Assembly: GCA_038147395.1 (NCBI GenBank)
Contig: JAYQTM010000001.1
Span: 1,885,508-1,949,507 of the forward strand
DNA from: Candidatus Eutrophovita brisbanensis
Lineage (GTDB): Bacteria > Pseudomonadota > Gammaproteobacteria > Burkholderiales > Eutrophovitaceae
DNA length: 64,000 bases
Direction of reading: 5' to 3'
The first letter of the stretch is position 1, and every line of letters starts with the position of its first letter. The notes under the pieces were generated by a model. The model did no database searches and was not told where the DNA came from. It saw nothing but the letters and a program-made list of their open reading frames with translations. Of this stretch, positions 19,114 to 32,088 are shown one piece after another. The translations under genes were made by a program, and so were the position numbers.

Positions 19114-20601
19114 TCAATACTTCGTGACATTCACCAAATCGATTAAGTGGTCAACCGAAACACCGATGATCTCGGTAAATGGATATGGGTAGACACCCAT
19201 TCCCAGAACGATTAACGCGAGAACTCCGAGCAACACCTTTTCACGTAGGTTGATATCTGTGAGCTCACCGACCTTTTCATTGCCAACTTCACCAAAAACA
19301 ACTCGCTTGTACATCCATAAGGAATAACCCGCACCGAGTATCAAGGTCATCGCAGCAGCGAAGGCAAACCAAAAATTCACCTCCATCGCACCCATAATGA
19401 CAAAAAACTCGCCAATAAAACCACTCGTACCGGGCAGACCTGCATTTGCCATCGCGAATAGTAAAAATAAGGCGGCAAAAACAGGCATGGTGTTGGCAAC
19501 ACCACCATAGTCCGAGATCTGTCGAGAATGTAAGCGATCATACAAAACACCAACACAGAGGAATAAGGCGCCTGAAATGAACCCGTGAGAAATCATCTGA
19601 ATAACAGCGCCTTGAATGCCTTGGGCGTTAAACAAAAATATGCCTAGCGTCACAAACCCCATGTGAGATATTGAAGAGTAAGCAATCAGTTTCTTCATAT
19701 CACGCTGAATCAAGGCAACAAATCCAATGTATACGATGGCAATGAGAGACAGACCTATTACAAGCGGAGCTAACTCTCGTGCCGCGTCTGGGACAATCGG
19801 GAGCGACAGACGTAAAAATCCATACCCTCCCAACTTCAACATGACGGCGGCAAGCACGACCGACCCCCCTGTTGGGGCTTCAACGTGTGCATCAGGAAGC
19901 CAAGTGTGTACCGGCCACATCGGTATCTTTACAGCAAAAGCTGCAAATAACGCCAAGAATATGAGTATCTGAGCTTTGTGCGGAATCGCCACAGCATAGA
20001 GATCCTGCAACGAAAAACTGCCCCCAGCGAGACGATACAGATAAATCAGTGCAACTAGGGTCAACAGTGAGCCAGCAAGCGTGTAGAGAAAAAATTTGAT
20101 CGCGGCATAAACCCTATTGGGACCACCCCAAACGCCCACGATAATAAACATCGGGATCAACGTTGCCTCAAAAAACACGTAGAACAACATGGCATCAAGA
20201 GAGCAGAAGACCCCATTCATCATCCCCGACAGAATCAAGAACGCCGCGTTGTATTGCGAGACGCGTTCTGTAATCACCTGCCATCCAGCCACAATCACAA
20301 AAATGGTCGTGACACAATTAAGCGCAATCAACAACAGGGAAAGCCCATCAATACCGAGGTGATAATAAATATTGAATGCGTCAATCCAATTGACTTTTTC
20401 TATGAACTGGAACGAGGTGACCTGTCGGTCAAAGTCAAGCCAGACTGGCACAACAACAGCCGCACCGAGCACAGCGCCTAAGAAGGAGACCCGTCGTGCC
20501 AACGCGTCTCGACCATTTTGTCCAATCAATAAAACTAAGGCACCAAAGAAGATTGGGAGCCAGATAATTATGGAAAGCGAGCCAAACATCGATGTGTCCA
20601 T
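19114..20601 (-). CDS. nuoM: NADH-quinone oxidoreductase subunit M
   Basis: 495 aa antiporter-like subunit. Position and sequence pattern (WLPDAHVEAPT) support the call. Confidence 0.9.
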   Translation of the reverse strand: MDTSMFGSLSIIIWLPIFFGALVLLIGQNGRDALARRVSFLGAVLGAAVVVPVWLDFDRQVTSFQFIEKVNWIDAFNIYYHLGIDGLSLLLIALNCVTTIFVIVAGWQVITERVSQYNAAFLILSGMMNGVFCSLDAMLFYVFFEATLIPMFIIVGVWGGPNRVYAAIKFFLYTLAGSLLTLVALIYLYRLAGGSFSLQDLYAVAIPHKAQILIFLALFAAFAVKIPMWPVHTWLPDAHVEAPTGGSVVLAAVMLKLGGYGFLRLSLPIVPDAARELAPLVIGLSLIAIVYIGFVALIQRDMKKLIAYSSISHMGFVTLGIFLFNAQGIQGAVIQMISHGFISGALFLCVGVLYDRLHSRQISDYGGVANTMPVFAALFLLFAMANAGLPGTSGFIGEFFVIMGAMEVNFWFAFAAAMTLILGAGYSLWMYKRVVFGEVGNEKVGELTDINLREKVLLGVLALIVLGMGVYPYPFTEIIGVSVDHLIDLVNVTKY

Positions 20602-20613
20602 TTCAATCAGGGG

Positions 20614-22572
20614 TTATCCAAATAGCCATATCGACACCAGTGCAAACGCACCAATAATCATCACAAAGGCATAGTGTGAGACGAAACCCGTTTGTAACTT
20701 TCTGACGGCTGTCCCCAAACGCCCAATTGCCCTAGCCGATCCATTAACAAAAATTCCGTCAATCAACCGGACGTCACCGACACTCCAGAGCATCGACCCA
20801 ATGCCACGAGCACCGCGCGCAAAGAACCAGTCATTAAAACGGTCAAGGAAGTATTTTTCCTCAAATAGCTTAATGACCGGCGACAAGAATTTGAGCCTCT
20901 GACGTTGATTGGGCGCATAAAGAAATAAAAACCAAGCGGTGAAGACTCCCCCCATTGCCAACCAAAACGGCGGCGTTTGGAAACCATGAATGCCCATCGC
21001 AACCCAACCATGAAAATGTTCGCCAAACTGAGCTAGTACATCATGCTGCGCGAATACAGTCACGACTTGGTCGAAATACCCACCAAAAAGTAGAGGTTCA
21101 ATGGCGTAGGCCCCACTGACAACTGACAAAACCGCGAGAATAACGAGCGGGACCCAGACGACAGCTGGAGACTCATGAGGCTCATGGTGGTGCGACCCAT
21201 GTGAACCATGTCCTCGATGCTTACCCTCAAACACAAGAAAATACATTCGGAAGCTATACAGTGCGGTCACGAATACACCAGAGAGCACCGCGAAATATGC
21301 GAAGCTTGAACCACTAATATTGGAGAAGTGAACCGCCTCGATAATGCTGTCTTTTGAATAGAATCCAGAAAGAAACGGAAATCCGATCAACGCCAGCGAA
21401 CCGATCAGGGATACGAACCAAGTAATCGGCATTTTCTTACGCAAGCCGCCCATATGTCGCATATCTTGATCGTGGTGCATCCCGATAATGACCGAGCCCG
21501 CAGCTAAAAATAAAAGCGCTTTGAAAAAAGCGTGTGTCATCAGATGAAAAATCGCTGCCGAATACGCCGACACACCGAGTGCTACCGTCATGTATCCGAG
21601 CTGAGATAACGTGGAATAAGCAACCACTCGCTTGATGTCGTTTTGCACTAGACCAAGCAAACCCATGAACAAGGCCGTGATCGATCCGATGATCAACACA
21701 AAGGATAATGCAGTCTCCGAGAGCTCGAATAGTGGCGACATCCGTGCCACCATAAAAATTCCCGCAGTAACCATTGTCGCAGCATGTATCAATGCCGAAA
21801 TTGGCGTTGGCCCCTCCATGGAATCGGGCAACCAAACGTGAAGTGGAAATTGAGCAGACTTACCCATTGCACCGATAAACAAACAAATACAAATCACCGT
21901 AATCAGCGACCAATCAAATCCGACGAGGCCTAATAAACTTTGAGATGCTAATGCCTCCGAACCAGAAAAAACGGTCGCGTAATCAAGGGAACCAGCAAAC
22001 TTAAGTATGAGCGCAATACCCAACAAGAAACCAAAATCGCCAACTCGGTTCACTAAAAACGCCTTCAAATTCGCGTAAATTGCCGTATCTTTTTTAAACC
22101 AAAATCCAATCAACAAATAAGACACGAGACCCACTGCTTCCCAGCCGAAAAATAGTTGAAGGAAGTTGTTGCTCATGACGAGCATCATCATGGCAAAGGT
22201 GAATAACGAAATATAGCTAAAGAATCTTTGATACCCCGGGTCGTCCTTCATGTAACCAATCGTGTACACATGAACCATGAGAGACACACTGGTAACAACA
22301 ACCATCATTAAAGATGAGAGTTCATCAATCAAGAAGCCAACTTCAAATGGCACGCCGCCAATCACCGCCCATGTATATACGGTGCCGTTAAAACTATTTC
22401 CTTGAATTACATCCAAAAGGACATAGACCGAACTCACGAGCGAGACCAAAACTCCGAGAATCGTCACAGAATGAGCGCCTTGTCGACCGATCACTCGGCC
22501 CATCAGTCCTGCAATGAGCGCTCCAATCAATGGAGAGAGGGCAGCTAAGAGATAAATATTAATTCCGGTCAT
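20614..22572 (-). CDS. nuoL: NADH-quinone oxidoreductase subunit L
   Basis: 652 aa. WLPDSMEGPTPISALIHAATMV motif and position in the operon. Confidence 0.9.
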   Translation of the reverse strand: MTGINIYLLAALSPLIGALIAGLMGRVIGRQGAHSVTILGVLVSLVSSVYVLLDVIQGNSFNGTVYTWAVIGGVPFEVGFLIDELSSLMMVVVTSVSLMVHVYTIGYMKDDPGYQRFFSYISLFTFAMMMLVMSNNFLQLFFGWEAVGLVSYLLIGFWFKKDTAIYANLKAFLVNRVGDFGFLLGIALILKFAGSLDYATVFSGSEALASQSLLGLVGFDWSLITVICICLFIGAMGKSAQFPLHVWLPDSMEGPTPISALIHAATMVTAGIFMVARMSPLFELSETALSFVLIIGSITALFMGLLGLVQNDIKRVVAYSTLSQLGYMTVALGVSAYSAAIFHLMTHAFFKALLFLAAGSVIIGMHHDQDMRHMGGLRKKMPITWFVSLIGSLALIGFPFLSGFYSKDSIIEAVHFSNISGSSFAYFAVLSGVFVTALYSFRMYFLVFEGKHRGHGSHGSHHHEPHESPAVVWVPLVILAVLSVVSGAYAIEPLLFGGYFDQVVTVFAQHDVLAQFGEHFHGWVAMGIHGFQTPPFWLAMGGVFTAWFLFLYAPNQRQRLKFLSPVIKLFEEKYFLDRFNDWFFARGARGIGSMLWSVGDVRLIDGIFVNGSARAIGRLGTAVRKLQTGFVSHYAFVMIIGAFALVSIWLFG

Positions 22573-22578
22573 GAATTA

Positions 22579-22884
22579 TCAACCCTTCAGCCCGCCAATG
22601 TCCTCGACATTGATCGATCTTAAGTTTCTGAACAACACAACCAGAATGGCAAGACCAATCGCTGACTCAGCAGCAGCAACCGTTAATATGAAAAATACAA
22701 ATACTTGTCCTGAGAGGTCATTCAGATAATGAGAAAAAGCGATGAAGTTGATGTTCACAGCAAGCAACATGAGTTCGATCGACATCAAAATGATGATGAT
22801 ATTTTTTCGATTCAAAAAGATACCGGCGATACTAATCGAGAATAAAACAGCGCCCAGAACGAGATAGTGGGAAAGCGTGATCAT
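22579..22884 (-). CDS. nuoK: NADH-quinone oxidoreductase subunit K
   Basis: 101 aa with 3 TM segments. ATGA overlap with the end of nuoJ. Confidence 0.9.
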   Translation of the reverse strand: MITLSHYLVLGAVLFSISIAGIFLNRKNIIIILMSIELMLLAVNINFIAFSHYLNDLSGQVFVFFILTVAAAESAIGLAILVVLFRNLRSINVEDIGGLKG

Positions 22885-23502
22885 TGCGACTTCTCCACTG
22901 GATCTTTTTCTACAGGCATAGAAACAATCTTGAGGCGATCTGACCGCTTTACGATAAATTGTTTGCTCGGATCAATTGCCTTGCTGTCCTTTCTCTGTCT
23001 CAAGGTCAGTGCGATTGCCGCCACGATTGCCACTAAAAGAATCACTGCGGCAAGCTCGAAAGCATAGAGATACTCGGTGTACAGCAACCGGCCGAGCTGA
23101 AGTGTGTTGCCCTCGTCAGTCATCGAGCTCGCAATCGATGGTGCTGCTGAGAAGATTTCCTCGCGGCCTCCAAGCAAAACAATCATTTCTGCAAGCAACA
23201 CTCCTGCAACAAAGAGTGCGGGTAACAAAGTAGTTCCAATAGCCTTCACGCATTTTGTTCAAGTTGATGTCTAACATCATCACGACGAACAAAAAAAGCA
23301 CCATCACAGCACCAACATAAACCAGTATCAGGGAAATCGCCAAAAACTCCGCGCGCAACATGAGCCAAATTGCAGCACATGTAAAAAATGCAAGGACGAG
23401 CGCCAGCGCAGAATGAACAGGATTTCTGGAGAAGATGACACACAGACCGGCGCCAACGATAACCGCAGAAAACACATAAAACGCAAACATCTCGTAGTCC
23501 AT
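22881..23502 (-). pseudogene. nuoJ: NADH-quinone oxidoreductase subunit J, interrupted by a 1-nt frameshift
   Basis: Two overlapping ORFs. ORF 23116-23502 is NuoJ-like up to ...MMLDINLNKMREGYWNY. ORF 22881-23249 is NuoJ-like from ...LLPALFVAGVLLAEM... to the end. The frames switch at TACTTTGTTACC (plus-strand AAA at 23227-23229). Removing one T gives WNYLLPALFV. Confidence 0.8.
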
Positions 23503-23548
23503 TACGGCTTATCTCGCTTGTTTGACGATCGGATTAATTGAGAACAAA

Positions 23549-24046
23549 TCAACGGTATGCCGCATCATCGGTTTTATCTTTCGCAATTTGGGTTTCATAC
23601 CGGTCACCAATCGCTAGCAACATCTCTTTGGTGTACAACAAGTCACCGCGCTGTTCGCCGTGATACTCAAAGATACGGGTCTCTACGATCGAATCCACCG
23701 GACACGACTCTTCACAAAAACCGCAGAAAATACACTTGGTCAGGTCGATATCGTAACGAGTCGTGCGACGACTTCCATCATCTCGCTTCTCTGACTCGAT
23801 AGTAATTGCCATGGCTGGGCAAACCGCCTCACACAACTTACACGCAATGCATCGCTCCTCACCGTTCGGATATCGGCGCAGGGCATGCAGTCCCCGAAAC
23901 CTTGGACTTTGTGGCGTCTTCTCTTCGGGAAACTGAACGGTGATCTTTGGCTTAAAGAAATATTTAAGCGTGAGCATAAGACCTTTTCTCAACTCCGTGA
24001 GTAAAAAGGTTTTTGAGACGTCTCGAATAAATCCAAACATGATCAA
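23549..24046 (-). CDS. nuoI: NADH-quinone oxidoreductase subunit I
   Basis: Two 4Fe-4S motifs, [12 protein letters not shown] and [12 protein letters not shown]. Confidence 0.95.
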   Translation of the reverse strand: MIMFGFIRDVSKTFLLTELRKGLMLTLKYFFKPKITVQFPEEKTPQSPRFRGLHALRRYPNGEERCIACKLCEAVCPAMAITIESEKRDDGSRRTTRYDIDLTKCIFCGFCEESCPVDSIVETRIFEYHGEQRGDLLYTKEMLLAIGDRYETQIAKDKTDDAAYR

Positions 24047-24062
24047 TATTTCCTCTGAACCC

Positions 24063-25088
24063 TTACCATGGCCACCAGGACATTCTCATCAATACACCAA
24101 CCAAAACGAGCCATACGATGGTGACTGGTATAAACACCTTCCAACCTAGCCTCATGATCTGGTCATAACGATAGCGCGGGAACGTTGCTCTAAACCATAA
24201 AAATAGGAAGAGCATCAGTGCCACTTTGACCGCCAACCAAATAAAGCCGTCCGCAATCCCCGGGATTGGGGATAGCCAGCCGCCGAGAAACATAATGGCG
24301 GCAAGTCCCGCGATAAGAATCATGTTCGCATATTCGGCGAGGAAGAAAACAGCAAAGGCAGTGCCCGAGTACTCAACGTGAAATCCGGCAACAATTTCAG
24401 ATTCGCCCTCCGCGACATCAAATGGGGCTCTGTTTGTCTCAGCAACACCCGAGATAAAGTACACAACGAACATGGGTAGCAAGGGAATCAAATTCCAACC
24501 GAGTAAGCCATAACCCGTTTTTTGCGTCTCTACGATTTGAGTCAGATTTAAGCTACCGGACATCATCAATACACAAACCAAAGCGAAGCCCATCGCTATT
24601 TCGTAAGCAACGATTTGAGCACCGCTTCGCATGGCTCCGAGCAATGCATATTTTGAATTCGAAGCCCAGCCAGCAACGATCACGCCGTAAACGCCCATAG
24701 ACGTAATGGCCATGATGTACAAGAGACCAGCATCAATATTGGATAAGACCAACCCGTCAGTAAACGGCATCACGGCCCAAGCAGCCAAAGCCGGCATCAA
24801 AGAAAGCATCGGTGCCACCACGAACAAGAACTTGTTCGCTTTCGTAGGAATCACAATCTCTTTGGTAAGCAGCTTCAACACATCAGCAAATGGCTGCAAC
24901 AACCCCTTAGGACCAACTCGATTCGGCCCTATTCGGAGTTGGATGTAACCGATCACTTTTCTCTCAGCTAGAGTCAGATACGCCACACAAAGAATCACGG
25001 GCACTGCGATCGCGACGATTTTGATCAAAGTCCACGCGATATACGCCAAATCTTCACCAACCAAAGGAGAGAGAAAATCAAGAATCAT
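24063..25088 (-). CDS. nuoH: NADH-quinone oxidoreductase subunit H
   Basis: 341 aa membrane subunit with ETNRAPFD motif. Confidence 0.95.
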   Translation of the reverse strand: MILDFLSPLVGEDLAYIAWTLIKIVAIAVPVILCVAYLTLAERKVIGYIQLRIGPNRVGPKGLLQPFADVLKLLTKEIVIPTKANKFLFVVAPMLSLMPALAAWAVMPFTDGLVLSNIDAGLLYIMAITSMGVYGVIVAGWASNSKYALLGAMRSGAQIVAYEIAMGFALVCVLMMSGSLNLTQIVETQKTGYGLLGWNLIPLLPMFVVYFISGVAETNRAPFDVAEGESEIVAGFHVEYSGTAFAVFFLAEYANMILIAGLAAIMFLGGWLSPIPGIADGFIWLAVKVALMLFLFLWFRATFPRYRYDQIMRLGWKVFIPVTIVWLVLVGVLMRMSWWPW

Positions 25089-27445
25089 GCCGCGTCCACT
25101 CCCCTTTGAAGCGGCTCAATCGCGATCGATCCGAAGCTGCCACCGAGCGAACGTGATAAGGCAGAGTTCATCGGAATTCTCACACTGGATTGATCCAAGT
25201 TTGAGTCAACCGTCACGCTCGCCTCAATCGATGAACCCGCTTGGGTGATCCTCACCCTATCGCCAGCGGTCAGTTTTAAATCTTGAGCGACCGCATCGGA
25301 AACAGCGCATTGCACATCCATCGCATCAACCGTTTTTTGAAGCGATTTCGCTCGTCGAACGATTGCGTCCACAGAATATAACGGGACATCTGAAATCCGC
25401 TCTAACCCAACTGCTTGGTTGAAATCAATTGCAGCATCCGAATCATCCACCTCATCATTCATAGATAAACGGCTGGTTAATTCAGCCAAGTGAGGCGAGA
25501 GTGCCTCTCTAACGGCAGTGATATTTTCGAATTCGAACTGCTCAAGCCCAAGAATCCTCCCCAAAGCCGACAGTATTTTCCATGCCGGTCTCGATGAACC
25601 GAGTGTTGGCACAACGGGGCCAAACTCTTGGACAGCCCCACTCATGTTCACAAACGTGCCGTGAGTTTCTGTAAATGGTGAAACTGGCAGCAACACCGTC
25701 GCGTAGTCCGAGGCCTCACCTTTATAAGAAACTAACGAGACAACAGTTTTCGCTCGCGCCATAGCGGCTAGCGCCTCTCGCGGCATCTGCGTATCAGCGC
25801 TTAACTCAGCATGCAACACAAAGTATGCGTCCAAATCCGAATCGAACATCTGTTTCATTCCGAGGCCACCAGATTTTGGATAAAAACGAACAGCCTCGGC
25901 ACCAAGCGTATTCGCCCCCTCGGTCAGCAATCCGACTCGCGCACCCAGCATTTTGGCCAAGCGCCTGGCCAGCAACTCAATCTTCGATCTGTCGGGATGA
26001 TTGAGCGCCAACGCCCCGACAAAAATACCTTTTTTCTCCCCAGATACGAGCTCTCGTGACGCGCGCGATATTTCATCTGATACGTTTACTGCATCAAAGA
26101 CCTGTGGAAGACTGGCGTTGGTCATTGTCGCCACAGCCTTGACGAGCTGAGCCAAAACTAACTTCATGTTACTGGGCGCGGTGACGAGCTCCTGCGCCCG
26201 AGATGTTAATGGATGGCATCTCAAGGGATTTACAAAAATGAGTTGTCCATCTTGTTTCTCGACGGCTTTTCGCATTCGATACGCCAAAAGAGGGTGTTCT
26301 TTACGGATGTTCGACCCGATGACCAGTATCCTGTCGAGCGATTCAATTTCAGAAATCATCATCCCCAAATGAGGAATTGATCGACTTGCCGAGGAATCCG
26401 GATCAGCCTGCCTCAATCGATAGTCAAGGTTCTCCGAACCCAGCCCTCTGACCAACTGCTGCAGAAGGAATAGTTCCTCGGTTGTGGACTGAGCAGAGGC
26501 TAACGCACCAAACTTGTTCCCAGAACCGTTCTTAATATCAGCGAGTTCACTTTCAATATGTGCAAGTGCGACGTCCCAACTCACTTCTTGCCACTCGCCT
26601 GACCTCTTCAGCATCGGCTGAGTTAATCGATCCTCGACATTCAATCCCTCATATGAGAATCGATCTCGATCGGAAATCCAACATTCATTTGTGTCTGGAT
26701 TCTCATGCGGAACAACGCGAACAACTCGGTCTTGTTTGACTTGTGCGACGAGATGAGAACCAAGCCCATCATGCGAGCTAACCGTTCTACGACGTGCAAG
26801 TTCCCAAGTACGCGCTGTGTAACGAAATGGCTTTGAGGTCAATGCCCCAACCGGGCACACATCAATCATGTTCCCTGAAATTTCAGATTCAACCGTTGAG
26901 CCCACGAATGACATGATCTCTGAGTGCTCTCCACGGCCCGCCATGCCAAGCTCCATCACCCCGGCAACCTCTTGACCAAATCGAACGCATCGTGTGCAGT
27001 GGATACAACGAGACATCTCCTCTGCGGAAATCAGCGGTCCTAGATCTTTATGTCCAACAACCCGCTTACCCTCAGAAAACCTTGACCCAGTGCCACCATA
27101 TCCCACCGCAAGGTCTTGAAGTTGACACTCTCCGCCCTGATCACAGATCGGACAGTCTAGAGGGTGGTTAATCAAGAGAAACTCCATCACACTCTTTTGA
27201 GCGGTGCGAGCAAGGTCAGACTTTGTCGATACTTTCATTCCCTCCACGGCTGGAGTCGCGCATGCTGGTAGCGGCTTCGGCGCTTTCTCGACATCGACGA
27301 GACACATCCTACAATTCGCAGCGATCGAGAGCTCCTTGTGATAGCAAAAGTGTGGCACATGAATACCGAGCTCACGCGCAGCGTCCATCACGGTTTTACC
27401 TTGCTCGACCTCTACCGACTTTCCGTCAACCTCAAGCGTGATCAT
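25085..27445 (-). CDS. nuoG: NADH-quinone oxidoreductase subunit G
   Basis: N-terminal 2Fe-2S/4Fe-4S Cys motifs. Start taken as ATG 27445 (MITLEVDGK), which forms an ATGA overlap with the nuoF stop. Confidence 0.93.
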   Translation of the reverse strand: MITLEVDGKSVEVEQGKTVMDAARELGIHVPHFCYHKELSIAANCRMCLVDVEKAPKPLPACATPAVEGMKVSTKSDLARTAQKSVMEFLLINHPLDCPICDQGGECQLQDLAVGYGGTGSRFSEGKRVVGHKDLGPLISAEEMSRCIHCTRCVRFGQEVAGVMELGMAGRGEHSEIMSFVGSTVESEISGNMIDVCPVGALTSKPFRYTARTWELARRRTVSSHDGLGSHLVAQVKQDRVVRVVPHENPDTNECWISDRDRFSYEGLNVEDRLTQPMLKRSGEWQEVSWDVALAHIESELADIKNGSGNKFGALASAQSTTEELFLLQQLVRGLGSENLDYRLRQADPDSSASRSIPHLGMMISEIESLDRILVIGSNIRKEHPLLAYRMRKAVEKQDGQLIFVNPLRCHPLTSRAQELVTAPSNMKLVLAQLVKAVATMTNASLPQVFDAVNVSDEISRASRELVSGEKKGIFVGALALNHPDRSKIELLARRLAKMLGARVGLLTEGANTLGAEAVRFYPKSGGLGMKQMFDSDLDAYFVLHAELSADTQMPREALAAMARAKTVVSLVSYKGEASDYATVLLPVSPFTETHGTFVNMSGAVQEFGPVVPTLGSSRPAWKILSALGRILGLEQFEFENITAVREALSPHLAELTSRLSMNDEVDDSDAAIDFNQAVGLERISDVPLYSVDAIVRRAKSLQKTVDAMDVQCAVSDAVAQDLKLTAGDRVRITQAGSSIEASVTVDSNLDQSSVRIPMNSALSRSLGGSFGSIAIEPLQRGVDAA

Positions 27446-28749
27446 GCGTGCTCCACCAGGCATTTCTTATGTTGAACATGGTGTTCAAACTCATGCCGGA
27501 AATGTTCAATAAAACTCTTTACTGGAAGTGCCGCCGCGTCCCCTAACGCACATATTGTCCGTCCAGAGATATTGCTGGCAACGGACAGTAACTTGTCGAT
27601 ATCTTCCTCAGTTCCTTGACCGCTCTCAATACGCTTAACCATGCGATATAGCCAGCCGGTACCCTCTCGACACGGGGTACACTGACCGCAGGATTCCTCG
27701 TGGTAGAAATAAGAAAGTCTCAGCAGACAGCTCACCATGCAACGAGTCTCGTCCATGACGATCACCGCTCCAGACCCCAGCATCGAGCCTGCTTTGGCAA
27801 TCGAGTCGTAATCCATGTCCGTCGCCATCATGACGTCGGCCGGAAGAACAGGCATCGATGAGCCTCCAGGAATGACCGCCTTCAATTTTCTGCCGCCCCG
27901 CATACCACCTGCCATTTCAAGCAGCTCGGAAAAAGGCGTTCCAAGTTTGATTTCGTAATTTCCTGGAGTCTCAACATCTCCGGAAATCGAAAAAATCTTT
28001 GTACCACCGTTATTCGGTTTGCCCAGCGCTAAAAACTCATCCGCTCCTTGCAACATCAGTTGCGGAACCGCAGCAAAGGTCTCGGTATTATTAATGGTCG
28101 TGGGCTTCCCGTACAAACCGTACGACGCAGGAAACGGTGGTTTGAATCTAGGTTGGCCCTTTTTACCTTCGATCGACTCTAATAACGCAGTCTCTTCACC
28201 ACAAATGTACGCACCAAATCCGTGGTGTGCGTGCAATTCAAACGAAATATCAGAGTTCATGATTGAAGAACCGAGGTAACCTGCCGCTCTCGCCTCTTCG
28301 ATCGCCTCTTCGAAGCGCTCATAGACTTCCCAAATTTCTCCGTGGATGTAGTTGTAGCCCACCGTTGCACCCATCGCGTAACCGGCAATCGCCATGCCTT
28401 CGATCACACTATGGGGGTTGTAGCGCAATATGTCTCGGTCCTTGAATGTCCCCGGCTCGCCCTCGTCTGAATTACAAACGACGTACTTTTGCCCATCGCC
28501 CTTGGGCATGAAACTCCATTTCAAGCCCGTTGAAAATCCAGCGCCACCACGACCTCTTAGCGCTGATTTTTTGATTTCCGATACAACATCCTCGGGTGAT
28601 AATTTTTCAGAGATAATTTTTCGTAGTGCTTGATAACCCCCTCGCTGCTCGTAATCAGCGAGTCGCCAATTCAGCCCATCGATATCGCGCATGATAACCG
28701 CGTCTGGACCGTAGCTACCTTTAGGAAAAGGAACCTTTGACGTAATCAT
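27442..28749 (-). CDS. nuoF: NADH-quinone oxidoreductase subunit F
   Basis: 435 aa. GRGGAGF FMN/NADH motif and [12 protein letters not shown] cluster motif. Confidence 0.95.
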   Translation of the reverse strand: MITSKVPFPKGSYGPDAVIMRDIDGLNWRLADYEQRGGYQALRKIISEKLSPEDVVSEIKKSALRGRGGAGFSTGLKWSFMPKGDGQKYVVCNSDEGEPGTFKDRDILRYNPHSVIEGMAIAGYAMGATVGYNYIHGEIWEVYERFEEAIEEARAAGYLGSSIMNSDISFELHAHHGFGAYICGEETALLESIEGKKGQPRFKPPFPASYGLYGKPTTINNTETFAAVPQLMLQGADEFLALGKPNNGGTKIFSISGDVETPGNYEIKLGTPFSELLEMAGGMRGGRKLKAVIPGGSSMPVLPADVMMATDMDYDSIAKAGSMLGSGAVIVMDETRCMVSCLLRLSYFYHEESCGQCTPCREGTGWLYRMVKRIESGQGTEEDIDKLLSVASNISGRTICALGDAAALPVKSFIEHFRHEFEHHVQHKKCLVEHA

Positions 28750-29240
28750 TTCGACTTCAACTCCGTGATTAACTCGACCAAATTTTCTGTTTCAATTCGC
28801 GTCTTCATTTCTCGATCATTGACGATGAATACGGGCGCGTCTCCACAAGCGCCCATACATTCAGCTTCTTTCAGAGTGAACATGCCATCACTGGTGGTCT
28901 CGTTGTAATTGATCCCAAGCAACTTCTGTAATTCACTCGCCACTTCGTTGGCACCCCTCAATGCGCACGGCAAATTGGTACATACCGCGATCTTGAATCG
29001 ACCAGGTTTATCTAAGTTGTACATCCCATAAAATGTCGCCACCTCCCACACCGCTATAGGACGCATATCGAGATATTCCGCAACGCTTTCAACGACATCT
29101 TTACTGATCCACCCCAACTCATGTTGAGCGATCGCAAGTGCTGCCATCACGGCAGAGGATTTTCGTTCGGGGGGATACTTGGCGATCTCCTTGTCGATCG
29201 CGCTGAAAGCGTCGTGACTCAGTCCAGTTGTTTCACTCAT
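28746..29240 (-). CDS. nuoE: NADH-quinone oxidoreductase subunit E
   Basis: 164 aa. CTNLPC...CMGACGDAP 2Fe-2S motif. Confidence 0.95.
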   Translation of the reverse strand: MSETTGLSHDAFSAIDKEIAKYPPERKSSAVMAALAIAQHELGWISKDVVESVAEYLDMRPIAVWEVATFYGMYNLDKPGRFKIAVCTNLPCALRGANEVASELQKLLGINYNETTSDGMFTLKEAECMGACGDAPVFIVNDREMKTRIETENLVELITELKSK

Positions 29241-30490
29241 CGGTCAATTTCTCCAAACACGACGTCTTGAGTACCAATGATCGCGACCAAATCAGCGATC
29301 ATGTGTCCTCGAGTCATTTCGTCCATCGCCGACAAATGTGCAAATCCTGGCGCGCGTATTTTTAAACGATACGGCTTATTCGCACCATCTGATACCAAGT
29401 AAATACCAAATTCTCCTTTTGGAGCCTCCACAGCTGAGTACACTTCTCCAGACGGGACATGCATCCCTTCTGTAAAGAGCTTGAAGTGGTGAATCAAGTC
29501 TTCCATATTTGACTTCATGTCTTCGCGGCTTGGCGGTGCGACCTTAGTATCCTGGGTAATCACCGGACCAGGATTCTGTCTCAACCAGTCAATGCACTGT
29601 TTGATGATTCGGTTTGACTGCCGCATTTCCTCGACTCGAACTAAATATCGGTCATAGCAGTCCCCGTTAGTGCCGAGTGCCACATCAAAATCAACCGCAT
29701 GATAAGCGTCGTAGGGTTGTTTTTTACGAAGATCCCAAGCAACCCCGGAACCTCGAAGCATTGGCCCCGTAAAACCAAGTGCGATCGCTCGCTCAGGCGA
29801 CACAACACCGATGCCGACCGTGCGCTGTTTCCAAATTCGGTTATCCGTTAATAGCGTCTCGTATTCGTCAACTTTCTCTGGAAATCGATCGACGAAATCC
29901 TCGATGAAATCGAGCATGGACCCTTGGCGGTTCTCATTCAGCCGATTAATATCTTTTTGGTTTCTGAACTTCGATACTTCATATTGCGGCATCGAATCAG
30001 GCAGATCGCGATAAACACCGCCCGGACGATAGTACGCCGAGTGCAATCTCGCGCCAGAAACTGCCTCGTAGCAATCCATCAAATCCTCTCGCTCTCGAAA
30101 GCAATAGAGGAACATCGTCATAGCGCCCACGTCGAGTGCGTGAGCCCCAAGCCATAACAGATGATTCAAAATACGAGTGATCTCATCGAACATGACCCGA
30201 ATGTACTGAGCACGAATCGGCACCTCGGCACCTAGAAGCTTTTCTATCGCGAGTACGTATGCGTGCTCATTACACATCATCGACACGTAATCGAGTCGAT
30301 CCATATACGGTACAGACTGCAGGAACGTCTTGTGTTCAGCGAGTTTTTCCGTTCCTCGATGAAGAAGACCAATATGAGGATCAATCCTCTCAATCACCTC
30401 ACCATCAAGCTCTAGGACCAGGCGCAGGACGCCGTGCGCTGCCGGGTGCTGCGGCCCAAAATTCATCGTGTAGTTCTTAATCTCAGCCAC
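29237..30490 (-). CDS. nuoD: NADH-quinone oxidoreductase subunit D
   Basis: 417 aa. [16 protein letters not shown]-terminal signature. Confidence 0.95.
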   Translation of the reverse strand: MAEIKNYTMNFGPQHPAAHGVLRLVLELDGEVIERIDPHIGLLHRGTEKLAEHKTFLQSVPYMDRLDYVSMMCNEHAYVLAIEKLLGAEVPIRAQYIRVMFDEITRILNHLLWLGAHALDVGAMTMFLYCFREREDLMDCYEAVSGARLHSAYYRPGGVYRDLPDSMPQYEVSKFRNQKDINRLNENRQGSMLDFIEDFVDRFPEKVDEYETLLTDNRIWKQRTVGIGVVSPERAIALGFTGPMLRGSGVAWDLRKKQPYDAYHAVDFDVALGTNGDCYDRYLVRVEEMRQSNRIIKQCIDWLRQNPGPVITQDTKVAPPSREDMKSNMEDLIHHFKLFTEGMHVPSGEVYSAVEAPKGEFGIYLVSDGANKPYRLKIRAPGFAHLSAMDEMTRGHMIADLVAIIGTQDVVFGEIDR

Positions 30491-30526
30491 GACAAATCAC
30501 CTCTAATTGATGGGTTCGAGATGACA

Positions 30527-31120
30527 TCAGTCGCCTCCCCCATAAGACTCTTCTCTGATGACCCTCGGCACAATTTCACGTGGCTCAATCGTGACTGGTT
30601 GGTAGATGACACGCTTTTCTACTGGGTCGTATCTCATCTCGACATTGCCAGATAGAGGGAAGTCTTTCCTAAGTGGGTGCCCCACAAATCCGTAATCTGT
30701 CAAAATGCGGCGCAGATCGGGGTGTCCTTCAAACACGATCCCAAACAAGTCGAACGCTTCTCGCTCAAACCAGTTGGCCCCAGCCCATAAGCCGACGACC
30801 GACTGAATGGAGGGCTGCTCGTCGTCACTACAAAAAACTTTTACACGAAGACGATAATTCAGATCCATCGACAATAAGTGATAAATCACGGCAAAACGAC
30901 CAGGATGCGAGCCATCGTGCCCCTGATAATCAAGGCCACATAAATCAACCAACTGAGTAAACCGGGTTTTGTCGCCGTCTCGAAGACGCTTCAAATTTTC
31001 AATAAGGTCCGAGTGGCCAAGGACCAGGGTGACCTCGTTCCTATCTACCGTCACCTCGAGGTCAGATCTCCCAAGTACTTCCTGTAATCCTAAGATCAAG
31101 TTGTCTGTTCGTACACTCAT
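30527..31120 (-). CDS. nuoC: NADH-quinone oxidoreductase subunit C
   Basis: Start taken as ATG 31120 ([11 protein letters not shown]...). The longer ORF start at 31237 overlaps nuoB. Confidence 0.9.
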   Translation of the reverse strand: MSVRTDNLILGLQEVLGRSDLEVTVDRNEVTLVLGHSDLIENLKRLRDGDKTRFTQLVDLCGLDYQGHDGSHPGRFAVIYHLLSMDLNYRLRVKVFCSDDEQPSIQSVVGLWAGANWFEREAFDLFGIVFEGHPDLRRILTDYGFVGHPLRKDFPLSGNVEMRYDPVEKRVIYQPVTIEPREIVPRVIREESYGGGD

Positions 31121-31142
31121 ATAGCTAGATCGCCTATCAAAT

Positions 31143-31619
31143 CTATCTGGAGATCGTGTTCGTGCGCTTGATCTTGTTTTGAAGCTGAACGATACCGTAG
31201 AGCAATGCTTCTGCAGTAGGCGGGCATCCAGGCACATAAACGTCTACAGGGACGATTCGGTCGCAACCGCGAACCACGGAGTACGAGTAGTGGTAGTAGC
31301 CACCGCCGTTGGCACACGACCCCATCGATATTACCCAACGCGGCTCAGCCATCTGGTCGTAGACCTTGCGTAACGCTGGCGCCATTTTGTTGCATAGCGT
31401 TCCCGCAACAATCATCAAATCCGACTGCCGTGGACTGGGCCGAAACACAACGCCAAAACGGTCAAGATCGTACCGGGATGCACCGGCATGCATCATCTCA
31501 ACCGCACAACAGGCCAGACCAAAAGTCATCGGCCAAAGCGATCCTGTTCGTGTCCAGTTAACGACTGCGTCTACCGTCGTCGTCACAAATCCTTTTTCTT
31601 GAATTTCTTCAACTATCAT
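31143..31619 (-). CDS. nuoB: NADH-quinone oxidoreductase subunit B
   Basis: 158 aa. [11 protein letters not shown] and [16 protein letters not shown] motifs. Confidence 0.95.
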   Translation of the reverse strand: MIVEEIQEKGFVTTTVDAVVNWTRTGSLWPMTFGLACCAVEMMHAGASRYDLDRFGVVFRPSPRQSDLMIVAGTLCNKMAPALRKVYDQMAEPRWVISMGSCANGGGYYHYSYSVVRGCDRIVPVDVYVPGCPPTAEALLYGIVQLQNKIKRTNTISR

Positions 31620-31626
31620 CTTTTGG

Positions 31627-31995
31627 TTAATCCCACTCTAGGGCGCCTTTTTTCCACTCATAGATAAAACCGACGACCAACAAAGCTAAAAAAATCATCA
31701 TCGCGATAAACCCAGTCAAGCCAATGTGATCTAGAGCCACCGCCCAGGGAAAGAGAAACGCAATTTCCAAATCAAAAATGATGAATAGGATCGCCACGAG
31801 GTAGTAACGAACATCAAACTTCGTTCTCGCATCTTCGAATGCATCAAAACCACACTCGTAAGGTGACAGCTTCTCGGGATCAGGCTTGTGCGATTTCAAT
31901 CCACGACTCAATATCGAACCAAGAAGCGGCAAGACGAGACCGATGGAGACACCGACAATTATGAACAGCAAAATAGGGAAATATTCTGTCAACAT
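31627..31995 (-). CDS. nuoA: NADH-quinone oxidoreductase subunit A
   Basis: 122 aa with 3 TM segments and YECGF motif. First gene of the cluster. Confidence 0.93.
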   Translation of the reverse strand: MLTEYFPILLFIIVGVSIGLVLPLLGSILSRGLKSHKPDPEKLSPYECGFDAFEDARTKFDVRYYLVAILFIIFDLEIAFLFPWAVALDHIGLTGFIAMMIFLALLVVGFIYEWKKGALEWD

Positions 31996-32088
31996 CTCTT
32001 ACATTTCATGAAACTAACTGGGAGTTGGTCCAACACACCACAAAACAGACCAAATCAGCCCAAAAAGATTCAGGTAAACAACAAATTT

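Noticed and set aside
21172-21228. His-rich stretch GKHRGHGSHGSHHHEPHESP inside NuoL; a possible metal-binding insertion
   Set aside because: It falls in a loop that varies among NuoL orthologues and that I recall being His-rich in other betaproteobacteria. It keeps the reading frame and shows no sign of foreign origin.
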